Below are positions 1-10,800 of a stretch of DNA of 37,999 nucleotides, in pieces. Position 1 is the stretch's first letter. Each line of letters opens with the position of its first letter. The DNA comes from Octopus sinensis (Eukaryota), in the NCBI RefSeq assembly GCF_006345805.1, contig NW_021835942.1, forward strand, positions 1-37,999, written 5' to 3'. Under the pieces are notes generated by a model. It was not told the origin of the DNA, did no database searches, and saw only the letters and a list, made by a program, of their open reading frames with translations. The translations under genes were made by a program, and so were the position numbers.

Positions 1-40
1 ATATACATATACATATACATATACATATATATACATATAC

Positions 41-93
<53 letters not shown>

Positions 94-107
94 CATATAT
101 ATATAAC

Positions 108-138
<31 letters not shown>

Positions 139-180
139 CATATATATATAACATATATATATATATACATATATATACAT
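1..180. repeat. (TA)n/(TACA)n compound microsatellite
   Basis: Directly visible TA/ATAC repeats. Confidence 0.95.
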
Positions 181-1338
181 ACTTATTCTCACATTGATAT
201 GCATGTATACATACATATACATTTAATTATTAGTAGGTCTCCTTCTTTAGGTCATGTGCCACATGTTAGTTTTGCTGAAACCTTTTTACATTTCTGCCCC
301 ATAACCATCCAAACATCGCCATCCCTTCCTTTTCTAAATCTGGATATATGCTCTCCTTGTGCACACCGCTACTTTTCCTGTACGTAAAAGCAGGGTGTCG
401 TTTTGGGGATATTATCCTGCTATTTCTAGCAGCTTGTGTAGTCACAAAGAGACTCATTCATGAGTCCGTGGTGCCAATTTTCAGATGATAGTTGCGTTAG
501 GTGTAAATTGAGATTACGTGAAGTCAGGTAGGACTTGAACTTAGAGTTTAAGCGTCAGATGTACGTAGCCATATGCAGCCGTTCTAAATATACTTAACAA
601 ATATTGAATGTACTAACCATTAATGAACCACCACATTTTCGATTAACCTGCTGGAAGCAACAACACACAAAAACACACACCACACATATATATAACTGGA
701 AGAGATTGATTGAAGTACCTTTCAATATAGAAATTCTGGATGACCTGTAGCAAACCACAACAATAATGAAAATTAACCTGTACTACTGGTAACATGGAGA
801 ACAGTTCTTGAACTGTTCACTAAAATTTATTGGTTATCAGTCGCAATAAAACCACCAATTTGGTAATACATCAATTTAATATTCCAGTAATTAAATATTT
901 CATGTTTTTTTTTATTCTGTAAGAAACGGTTGATTGTTACATAGATTAAAAGTCTGATAATTTTACTATGGGGATGTGCAATGGTAATTTTTATGCGTTT
1001 ATCTATTTACTACAAGTGATGCATTTGGGAGATTAAGGAAATTACATGAATGAAAAATTTTGACAATTGCCGAGAGAAATGAAGTTACAGCTAGCGTTGT
1101 TTACCGTTTATGCTCTATAATAATAACAATATCAAATATCAACAGAAAACCAATATATTAGGAAGGAGTCGTGGATTAATTAAGAACGTCGGACAAAAGA
1201 ACGGAGTAGTTATTCACGGCCCTTTAAATTGTGAGTTCAAATTCTGTCTTTCATTTAATCATGGTCACTGAAATAAAGTACTAGTCAAGTACTGAGATCA
1301 ATTATTTATATTATTTACATTCGACGGGTATTTGTCCT

Positions 1339-1384
1339 AACACAGCATTTCGGCTGATATACCCTCCGGCCTTCTTCAGGTGTC
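1339..1384 (-). ncRNA. Minimal type I hammerhead ribozyme motif (Penelope-like); stem III mutated in this arm
   Basis: Minus strand reads GACAC-CTGAAGA-A-GGCCG(GAGGGTATAT)CAGCC-GAAA-TGC-T-GTGTT. Core CUGANGA and GAAA present; stem I GACAC/GTGTT; stem II GGCYG/CAGCC. Confidence 0.7.
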
Positions 1385-1691
1385 TTGGGGAAATTTCGAA
1401 CCTGGGTTCTCATTCCTAAGATATTTTTCGATGTTACTATTATTAGTGTTCAGGTCACTGTTTGGAATCGAACTCGGAATCTTGCGGTTAGTAACCTGCA
1501 CTCCTAACCACTACGTCATATGCCCGTGGGGATATGATGTAGTGGTTAAGAGTGTCTAGTGGTTAAAATTGCGGGCTACTAACCCCAAGATTCCGAGTTC
1601 GATTCTAAGCAGTAAGCTGAACACTAATAATAATGATAATAATAACAATAAAATCGAAAAACATCTTAGGAATGAGAACCCAGGTTCAAAC

Positions 1692-1726
1692 AAGGCTGGA
1701 GGGAATATCAGCCGAAACGTTGTGTT
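1692..1726 (+). ncRNA. 3' half of the same hammerhead motif (CUGAAGA half deleted)
   Basis: AAGGCTG(GAGGGAATAT)CAGCC-GAA-ACGT-T-GTGTT. Perfect stem II, palindromic ACGT stem III; ~20 nt missing upstream relative to the left arm. Confidence 0.6.
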
Positions 1727-2434
1727 AACAACAAATAAGATGAGGACAAATATATGTCGAATATAAATAATGTATATAATTCCTCATCTCTTAAATATAG
1801 AACTGAGATCAATTTAATCAATATTACCATCCTCCAAATTTTCAGCCATGTGCAAATTTTAAAAACCAATGTTTTTGTAGTGAAGAAACAATTTCAGTAT
1901 TTGATATTTGCAGCATCGGTGAGCTATGAATACAGGAAGTACAGGACCACATTTGAGTGTAGTATAACATTTTTTCAAAAGTGCTTCTTTCTTTCCATTC
2001 AAAGTCCAATTAATTTCTTATTAATATTCAACTGGTACGTATGTATTATATCGAACTTGGAAGCATAAAACTTATCTTCACCTAAAAAAACCGAATCGAT
2101 CGCAGCGAAACAAAGAAATTTGTCTAATACGGTATCGTATATTTTGTTCATAAACCTATGAAAATACAGCCATCACCAGTCGTGAATGATAGAGTCTTTG
2201 GCAATGAATGCAATAAATAAAGAAAGAAACAAAAAGTAGTGTAAGAGAATAAAAGGGGCCAATCATCTTATCCAGAGCCTTTACAACAAGGAAGTGTCTT
2301 ATTTTTAAGAAAAGAAAAAGGAAAGGTTTAGTTGAGATTCAAAATCACATCAGAAACCAGGCTTTCCGGGATCTTACTACTCTAGAGAACACGTGCTTAA
2401 TGACTTCAACATCAGCAACAGAGCGCACAGCTTT

Positions 2435-2520
2435 GTAGGTCGTAAGTCGACCGATTTCACCCCACAATATGGTTTTTATTTACTTTATCGACCCCCTGAG
2501 AGATGAAAAGCAAAATAAAC
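2435..2520 (-). mobile_element. Degenerate family-C SINE fragment
   Basis: TACTTTATCGACCCCTGAGAGATGAAAAGCAAA is the reverse complement of the family-C central domain. Confidence 0.55.
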
Positions 2521-2782
2521 AGCTTATGCTATCCCTTTTCTCACACAAACCCAGTTTTTTTAGATTCGTTGAAGTGGGGGGTTCAAAAATAAAATGTGTA
2601 AGCATAGGTGTGCGATAATCATTTTATTTTAATTTTAGTGTTTATGGTTATAAATCCAAAATAATCGAAAGCAAGTTGCTGACTTGGGTCTCTGGCAGTT
2701 CTTACATTGCCTTAAAGTATATATTTGAATACGGCATAATTACACTATTTCTCGTGATAGGGAAATGTAGTAAATTTTAATA

Positions 2783-3202
2783 GGCGCAGGAGTGGCTGTG
2801 TGGTAAGTAGCTTGTTTACCAACCACATGGTTCCGGGTTCAGTCCCACTGCGCGGCACCTTGGGCAAGTGTCTTCTACTATAGCCTCGGGCCGACCAATG
2901 CCTTGTGAGTGGATTTGGTAAACGGAAACTGAAAAGAAGCCCGTCGTATATATATGTATATATATATATATGCGTGTTTGTGTGTCTGTGTTTGTTCCTC
3001 TAGCATTGCTTGACAACCGATGCTGGTGTGTTTATGTCCCCGTTACTTAGCGGTTCGGTAAAAGAGACCGATAGAATAAGTACTGGGCTTACAAAGAATA
3101 AGCCCCGGGGTCGAGTTGCTCGACTAAAGGCGGTGCTCCAGCATGGCCGCAGTCAAATGACTGAAACAAGTAAAAGAATGAAAGAAAGAATAAAGAAAGA
3201 AT
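2783..3202 (+). mobile_element. Family-A tRNA-derived SINE with internal (TA)n(TG)n
   Basis: Head GGCGCAGGAGTGGCTGTGTGGTAAG..GGTTCAGTCCC, CORE-like CCTTGGGCAAGT, tail GACTGAAACAAGTAAAAGA; near-identical copies at 19904, 27991, 30498 and 33370. Confidence 0.9.
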
Positions 3203-3800
3203 AAATATTAGTAGTGGATTAAATATTGGTGATTATTTTGTAAGAAAAGTAATAGAATGAGAAAAAGTTGAAAGAGTAGCTAAGGGAGTGTCTTTGAAGT
3301 CAAATAGTAGTGAAGTGTTACTAAGTACCAAATATAAGTCTGTCTGGGGCTCCCCCATAACTGTCCTTATACCATTCTTCGTCCACATCAGTAGTGATAA
3401 AGATGAACCAAAGAAGGAAGACGTATTCATAGAAAGCTCGTCTTGCTAAAAATACCAGCTAAATGTACGTTAAGTAATGTTTTAGAAGTTTGAAACAGGA
3501 GACATTTATATCCAAGATAAAGTAGTTCTAGATTTATTATATCTTACAGAAATGTGATGGGGATCACGTCTGGGGTGTCCTTGATCATAGATTTACGTTA
3601 TCATCGCTTACTGAAAGAGAGGAATGTGATCAACAAAATATGGTGGAACAAGCTTACATCTTCGGGTTTAGTAGAAAACAAAACAAATCGATTCGGGAGG
3701 AGCGGAAACAAAGTTCACTTTCGTTGGATTTTAATTCAGACGTTAACTAGATGGAATTAGATACTGTAAAAGCTTTTGTCATGAGTCTTAACGTTTGTAT

Positions 3801-4126
3801 GTGAGGGCGCGTGGCTTAGTGGTTAGGGCATTCGGCTCATGATCGTAAGGTTGTGAGTTCGATTCCCGGCGACGCATTGTGTCCTTAAGCAAGACACTTT
3901 ATTTCACGTTGCTCCAGTCCACTCAGCTGGCAAAAATGAGTTGTACTTGTATTTCAAAGGGTCAGCCTTGTCACTCTCTGTGTCACGCTGATTATCCCCG
4001 AGAACTATGTTAAGGGTACACGTGTCTGTGGAATGCTCAGCCATTTGCACGTTAATTTCACGAGCAAGCTGTTCCGTTGATCGTATCAGCTGGGACCCTT
4101 GTCGTCGTAACCGGCGGAGTCTTTAA
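3801..4126 (+). mobile_element. Family-B' tRNA-derived SINE (different head and centre, same 3' half as family B)
   Basis: Box A TGGCTTAGTGG, box B GAGTTCGATTCC; TSD AACGTTTGTAT at 3790-3800 and 4127-4137. Confidence 0.9.
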
Positions 4127-4340
4127 AACGTTTGTATAATTCCTTCTTGAATCCTTCTTGAATCCTTCTGATGCAACAATAACAGCGATACTTAAGACAA
4201 CGTAAAGAACGAGACAAAAAAGGCAAACGTAAGCACAAAATTAGAAATTTGAGGAGTCACTGAAATATTTAGAGAAATTAATCAAATCAATAAATCTATA
4301 TATGCATGCACCTTTCTCGCTCTCTGTATATATTTCTGTA

Positions 4341-4729
4341 GTGGAGGTGCAATGGCCCAGTGGTTAGGGCAGCGGACTCGCGGTCATAGGATCGCGGTTT
4401 CGATTCCCAGACCGGGCGTTGTGAGTGTTTATTGAGCGAAAACACCTAAAAGCTCCACGAGGCTCCGGCAGGGGATGGTGGTGATCCCTGCTGTACTCTT
4501 TCACCACAACTTTCTCTCACTCTTACTTCCTGTTTCCGTTGTACCCGTATTTCAAGGGGCCGGCCTTGTCACTCTCTGTGTCACGCTGAATATCCCCGAG
4601 AACTACGTTAAGGGTGCACGTGCCTGTGGAGTGCTCAGCCATTTACACATTAATTTCACGAGCAGGCTGTTCCGTTGATTCGGATCAATCGGAACTCTCA
4701 TCGTCGTAACCGACGGAGTGCTTCCACTA
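4341..4729 (+). mobile_element. Family-B tRNA-derived SINE
   Basis: Box A TGGCCCAGTGG, box B GGTTTCGATTCC; TSD ATATATTTCTGTA at 4328-4340 and 4730-4742; five copies in the window. Confidence 0.92.
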
Positions 4730-4919
4730 ATATATTTCTGTATGTATATCTGTCCGTCTGTGTATCCGTCTGTCTACCTACCTATCTTTAAAATCAGTAA
4801 ATTACTGGCACTTATAATAAAGGGTTGATATATAAAGAGTTGACATATAATGTATCGACCAGGTTCTTGGATGTCGTTATAGAACGCTAGTAACAAAGCA
4901 GTTACCTACATCCTTGTAA

Positions 4920-5052
4920 CTTTCAGTTGATGCAACCCAGCTGGGTAGGCGGACAGAGCAGCGTTTCCTCTGAATAGAAAGCCACTCTGTCGCATAACTA
5001 ATCTTGTGATGGTGAGTACAATACTCTAATCACTAGGCTACGTGCATTCACA
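4920..5052 (-). mobile_element. Highly degenerate tRNA-headed SINE remnant
   Basis: Minus strand GTGAATGCACGTAGCCTAGTGATTAGAGTATTG resembles a tRNA-type head; the rest is decayed. Confidence 0.35.
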
Positions 5053-5255
5053 TGTGTAATATATAACGTAGAGAGCGAATCTACTGTATTATTAGTATCG
5101 ATCATTGAACTGTAAACCTAAAGCATTGCCAAATTTATACGATTTAGAAGATAACATGTCCTCCATTATACGACTGGCATATATTTTCACCATTATTGTA
5201 AGACAGGAAATGTCAAGGCGAAAACATCTTTAGACTATGTATCACTTTATAATAA

Positions 5256-5259
<4 letters not shown>

Positions 5260-5295
<36 letters not shown>

Positions 5296-5371
5296 ATAAT
5301 AATATGAGGGAATATTATTCCAAACTTACAGGGAAAAATTCAATTTAGAAATACTAAATCAAATTTCACAA

Positions 5372-5429
<58 letters not shown>

Positions 5430-5574
5430 TAGAAAAAAGCACTTTTTATCAATTCAATAATGAAAAATTAAATTATACCATTTAGAAAATTACATGTTAT
5501 ACAAAAGATTAAATATACGATAAAACATATAACGATGATTAAGTAATGTGCAAAATAATAAATAAACGTATATG

Positions 5575-5617
<43 letters not shown>

Positions 5618-5640
5618 ATATATATATATATATATAATAT
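5260..5640. repeat. Three (TA)n tracts with AT-rich spacers, probably part of an interspersed repeat
   Basis: (TA)n at ~5260-5290, 5375-5425 and 5570-5640. Confidence 0.7.
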
Positions 5641-5744
5641 AATGGCCTTCAAGTTTTGGTTTAAAAACCCTTTGAATAAAAAAGTCGAAGGCTTCAAAGA
5701 GTTATTTTTACCCAAAGTTTATTCGCTAAAAATCTACAGAATTC

Positions 5745-5834
5745 AACTTCGAGAAGACTTGAAATTAAGTTTTTATCCTTTAACTGTTGCTGTTAAAAGA
5801 TAAAAAAAACTTAACTTCAAGTCTTCTCGAAGTT
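5745..5834. repeat. ~90-bp near-perfect palindrome
   Basis: AACTTCGAGAAGACTTGAAATTAAGTTTTTATCCTTTAAC, 7-nt loop, GTTAAAAGATAAAAAAAACTTAACTTCAAGTCTTCTCGAAGTT. Confidence 0.85.
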
Positions 5835-5854
5835 TTAAAAATTATGTATATATC

Positions 5855-6108
5855 ATGGCATGTTGTCATAAGCTATGTCATTGCTGATAAACTGGGAGAG
5901 TGACCGAATGACTTCCTTAAAAACAGGTAGTTGCAGCCAACGGTGCCCTTTCTGAGAGAACTCAGATCCTAAGTGATGTCCCCTAGAGGACTGTTCTGGG
6001 ACCATTAATGTTCATAATAGCCCTCTTAGACATACCCACGGTCACTCGGACAGCTACTGTCACTAGCTATGCCGACCATACAAACTTATCACAGGCAATA
6101 AAAAACCA
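5855..6108 (+). pseudogene. CR1/L2-type LINE reverse-transcriptase fragment
   Basis: Manual translation KQVVAANGALSERTQILSDVP*RTVLGPLMFIIALLDIP..SYADHT, i.e. decayed SGVPQGTVLGP..F and YADDT motifs. Confidence 0.85.
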
Positions 6109-6144
6109 AAGGGAGCGAGGCAGATATATGTATGTATATATATA

Positions 6145-6506
6145 CTAGCAGTATCGCCCGGCGTTGCTCAGGTTTGTAAGGGAAATAACTATAAGCATTT
6201 TTAGAGAGGTTAGCCAAAAATAGCAAAAAAAAAGGAAAAAATTATGGTAAATTTTTTTTGATGTTAAAAAAGGTGAGTTGCGTCATACAAAGTTTGTGTT
6301 TGTGTTCCTATTCTCGACCCCATGATATATTTTTTTCAGAACTGGGGGAACTTTTCAAAATTTTCGCTGCGTTAGTTTTGAATTATGACATTGGGCTATG
6401 TGTGTGCAAGTTTCATCAGAATCGTTTGAAAGCCGTGGTCAGGGTGAGGGTACGAAGCAAACATACACACAGAAACACGCCAGACACCTGCGTTTTATAG
6501 AAGAGA
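6145..6506 (-). mobile_element. Non-autonomous Helitron
   Basis: Minus strand begins A|TCTCTTCTATAAAA and ends with a GC hairpin (CCTGAGCAACGCCGGG) then CTAG|T; inserted between A and T with no TSD. Confidence 0.75.
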
Positions 6507-6509
6507 TGC

Positions 6510-6683
6510 ACATGTATATATATGTTGTATATGTAGATATATGTATGTATATGTATATATATGTATATATATGTATGTATATGTATATATATGTATGTAT
6601 ATGTATATATATGTATGTATATGTATATATATGTATGTATATGTATATATATGTATGTATATGTATATATATATGTATGTATG
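6510..6683. repeat. (TA)/(TATG) compound microsatellite
   Basis: Directly visible. Confidence 0.95.
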
Positions 6684-6705
6684 TCTCCACTCTAGGCCCT
6701 CTAAT

Positions 6706-8311
6706 TGAGGGAGCGAGTCAGATAGATTGAGGGAGCGAGTGAGATAGATTGAGGGGACGAGACAGATAGATAGAGGGAGCGAGACAGATAGATAGAGGGA
6801 GCGAGACAGATAGATAGAGGGAGCGAGACAGATAGATAGAGGGAGCGAGACAGATAAATAGAGGGAGCGAGACAGATAGATTGAGGGAGCGAGACAGATA
6901 GATTGAGGGGATGAGACAGATAGAGGGGACGAGACAGATAGATAGAGGGGACGAGACAGATAGATAGAGGGAGCGAGACAGATAGATAGAGGGAGCGAGA
7001 CAGATAGATAGAGGGAGCGAGACAGATAGATAGAGGGAGCGAGACAGATAGATAGAGGGAGCGAGACAGATAGATAGAGGGAGCGAGACAGATAGATTGA
7101 GGGGACGAGACAAATAGATAGAGGGGACGAGACAGATAGATAGAGGGGACGAGACAGATAGATAGAGGGAGCGAGACAGATAGATAGAGGGAGCGAGACA
7201 GATAGATTGAGGGAGCGAGTGAGATAGATTGAGGGAGCGAGTCAGATAGATTGAGGGGACGAGACAGATAGATAGAGGGGACGAGACAGATAGATAGAGG
7301 GGACGAGACAGATAGATAGAGGGGACGAGACAGATAGATAGAGGGGACGAGACAGATAGATAGAGGGGACGAGACAGATAGATAGAGGGAGCGAGACAGA
7401 TAGATAGAGGGAGCGAGACAGATAGATAGAGGGAGCGAGACAGATAGATAGAGGGGACGAGACAGATAGATAGAGGGGACGAGACAGATAGATAGAGGGG
7501 ACGAGACAGATAGATAGAGGGGACGAGACAGATAGATAGAGGGGACGAGACAGATAGATAGAGGGGACGAGACAGATAGATAGAGGGGACGAGACAGATA
7601 GATAGAGGGGACGAGACAGATAGATAGAGGGGACGAGACAGATAGATAGAGGGAGCGAGACAGATAGATAGAGGGAGCGAGACAGATAGATAGAGGGAGC
7701 GAGACAGATAGATAGAGGGGACGAGACAGATAGATTGAGGGAGCGAGACAGATAGATAGAGGGGACGAGACAGATAGATAGAGGGAGCGAGACAGATAGA
7801 TAGAGGGAGCGAGACAGATAGATAGAGGGAGCGAGACAGATAGATAGAGGGAGCGAGACAGATAGATAGAGGGGCGCGACAGATAGATAGAGGGAGCGAG
7901 ACAGATAGATTGAGGGGACGAGACAGATAGATAGAGGGAGCGAGACAGATAGATGAGGGGCGAGACAGATAGATAGAGGGAGCGAGACAGATAGATTGAG
8001 GGGACGAGACAGATAGATAGAGGGGACGAGACAGATAGATAGAGGGAGCGAGACATAGATAGAGGGAGCGAGACAGATAGATAGAGGGAGCGAGACAGAT
8101 AGATGAGGGAGCGAGACAGATAGATTGAGGAGCGAGACAGATAGATTGAGGAGCGAGACATAGATTGAGGGAGCGAGACAGATAGATTGAGGGAGCGAGA
8201 CAGATAGATTGAGGGAGCGAGACAGATAGATTGAGGGAGCGAGACAGATAGATTGAGGGAGCGAGACAGATAGATTGAGGGAGCGAGACAGATAGATTGA
8301 GGGAGCGAGAC
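6706..8311. repeat. 22-bp minisatellite (GAGGGAGCGAGACAGATAGATA; variants GAGGGGAC and ATTG), ~70 units
   Basis: Tandem units visible; minus-strand ORFs repeat every 22 aa (3 units). Confidence 0.97.
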
Positions 8312-8351
8312 TGATCCATAGAGAGATAGATATTGAGATAGATAGATAGTG

Positions 8352-8403
<52 letters not shown>

Positions 8404-8880
8404 TGACAGATAAAGAGATTGATAGAGATAGAGAGATAGATAGTGAGAGAGATAGGTAGATAGATAGAGAGTGAGTGAGAGATAGAGAGAGATATATAGT
8501 GAGAAATATAGACAGATATAGAGCGACAGAGATAGATATTGATCTATAGAAAGAGAAAAAAGGAGATAGAGAGCGAGAGAGATAGATAGAGATAGAGCGA
8601 GATAGAGATAGGGGGAGATAGAGAGTGACAGAGAGAGATAGAGCGTGATAGAGATAAACGGTGATAGAGGGAGATAGACGGTGATGCATATAGACATTTA
8701 GAAAGAGATAGACGGTGATAGAAAGAGATAGAGGGTGACAGAAAGAGATAGAGGGTGACAGAAAGAGATAGAGGGTGATAGAGAGATATAGAGGGTGAGA
8801 GAGATATAGAGGGTGATAGAGTGAGATAGATATAGATAGAGACAGATAGGTAGACAGGTAGCGAGGTATGACAGATAGAC
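8312..8880. repeat. (GATA)n and degenerate GA-rich low-complexity tract
   Basis: Pure (GATA)n at ~8350-8400, decaying into GAGA/GATA mixtures. Confidence 0.9.
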
Positions 8881-10250
8881 AGAGATGGACAGGAAGAGCT
8901 GAACATGTAGAGATGGGCATGTAGAGATGGACAGGTAGAGCTGGACAAGTAGAGATGGACATGTAGAGATGGACAGGTAGAGATGGACAGGTAGAGATGG
9001 ACAGGTAGAGATGGGCAGGTAGAGATGGACATTTAGAGATGGACAGGAAGAGATGGACATGTAGAGATGGACAGGAAGAGATGGACATGTAGAGATGGAC
9101 AGGTAGAGATGGACATGTAGAGATGGACAGGTAGAGATGGACAGGTAGAGATGGACAGTTAGAGATGGACAGTTAGAGATGGACAGGTAGAGATGGACAG
9201 GTAGAGCTGGACAGGTAGAGCTGGACAGGTAGAGATGGACAGTTAGAGATGGACAGTTAGAGATGGACAGGTAGAGATGGACAGTTAGAGATGGACAGTT
9301 AGAGATGGGCGGGTAGAGATGGACAGGTAGAGCTGGACAGGTAGTGCTGGACAGGTAGAGATGGACAGGTAGAGATGGACAGGTAGAGATGGACATTTAG
9401 AGATGGACATTTAGAGATGGAGAGGTAGAGATGGACATGTAGAGATGGACAGGTAGAGATGGACAGTTAGAGATGGACAGTTAGAGATGGACAGGTAGAG
9501 ATGGACAGGTAGAGATGGACAGGTAGAGATGGACATGTGGAGATGGACAGGTAGAGATGGACAGGTAGAGATGGACAGTAGAGCTGGACAAGTAGAGATG
9601 GACATGTAGAGATGGACATGTAAGATGGACAGGTAGAGATGGACAGGTAGAGATGGACAGGTAGAGATGGGCAGATAGAGATGGACATTTAGAGATGGAC
9701 AGGAAGAGATGGACATGTAGAGATGGACATGTAGAGATGGACATGTAGAGATGGACAGTAGAGATGGACATGTAGAGATGGACAGGTAGAGATGGACAGG
9801 TAGAGATGGACAGTTAGAGATGGACAGTTAGAGATGGACAGTAGAGCTGGACAGGTAGAGCTGGACAGTAGAGATGGACAGTTAGAGATGGACAGTTAGA
9901 GATGGACAGGTAGAGATGGACAGTTAGAGATGGACAGTTAGAGATGGGCGGGTAGAGATGGACAGGTAGAGCTGGACAGGTAGTGCTGGACAGGTAGAGA
10001 TGGACAGGTAGATGGACAGGTAGAGATGGACATTTAGAGATGGACATTAGAGATGGACAGGTAAGATGGACAGGTAGAGATGGACAGTTAGAGATGGACA
10101 GTTAGAGATGGACAGTTAGAGATGGACAGGTAGAGATGGACAGGTAGAGATGGACAGGTAGAGATGGACATGTGGAGATGGACAGGTAGAGATGGACAGG
10201 TAGAGATGGACAGGTAGAGCTGGACAGGTAGAGATGGACAGGTAGAAGGA
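8881..10250. repeat. 14-bp minisatellite (AGAGATGGACAGGT and variants), ~95 units
   Basis: Tandem units visible. Confidence 0.97.
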
Positions 10251-10324
10251 TAGTTACGTATATGGATAGATATGTAGATAGATGGATAGATATGTAAATA
10301 AATGGATATATATATGTAGATAGA

Positions 10325-10800
10325 TAGATAGATACGTGGATAGATACGTGGATAGATACGTGGATAGATACGTGGATAGATACGTAGATAGATACGTAGA
10401 TAGATACGTAGATAGGTATGTAGATAGGTATGTAGATAGGTATGTAGATAGGTATGTAGATAGGTATGTAGATAGGTATGTAGATAGGTATGTAGATAGG
10501 TATGTAGATACGTATGTAGATACGTATGTAGATACGTATGTAGATAGCTGTGTAGATAGCTGTGTAGATAGCTGTGTAGATAGCTGTGTAGATAGCTGTG
10601 TAGATAGCTGTGTAGATAGCTGTGTAGATAGCTGTGTAGATAGCTGTGTAGATAGCTGTGTAGATAGCTGTGTAGATAGCTGTGTAGATAGCTGTGTAGA
10701 TAGCTGTGTAGATAGCTGTGTAGATAGCTGTGTAGATAGCTGTGTAGATAGCGATGTAGATAGCGATGTAGATAGCGATGTAGATAGCGATGTAGATAGA
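10325..10800. repeat. 12-bp array with stepwise variant blocks, abutting the 3' end of Tx1 copy 1
   Basis: Block order GATAGATACGTG, GATAGATACGTA, GATAGGTATGTA, GATACGTATGTA, GATAGCTGTGTA, GATAGCGATGTA. Confidence 0.97.

Larger units (their letters stand above)
1304..1801. mobile_element. Palindromic (head-to-head) tRNA-head plus hammerhead-ribozyme retro-element with 13-bp TSD
   Basis: Arms 1304-1525 and 1528-~1780 are inverted copies. Each starts with box A (TAGTGG) and box B (GAGTTCGATTC). TSD ACTGAGATCAATT at 1291-1303 and 1802-1814. Confidence 0.8.
1160..1868 (+). mobile_element. Old family-C tRNA-derived SINE, split by the insertion at 1304-1801
   Basis: Box B GAGTTCAAATTC, then AAATAAAGTACTAGTCAAGTACTGAGATCAATT; resumes after 1802 with the old-C tail (..CCTCCAAATTTTCAGCCATGTGC), matching copies near 25020 and 32435. 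Confidence 0.7.

Noticed and set aside
1452-1610. tRNA genes in the palindrome, and in SINE heads generally
   Set aside because: Boxes A and B are present, but there is no acceptor stem or oligo-T terminator and the heads continue into repeat bodies.
4475-4678. Recurrent 67-aa ORF MVVIPAVLFHHNF.. in five places
   Set aside because: It lies inside family-B SINE copies; the recurrence reflects the repeat, not a gene family.
6706-10800. CRISPR-like regular repeats
   Set aside because: Units are contiguous with no unique spacers, there are no cas genes, and the context is eukaryotic.
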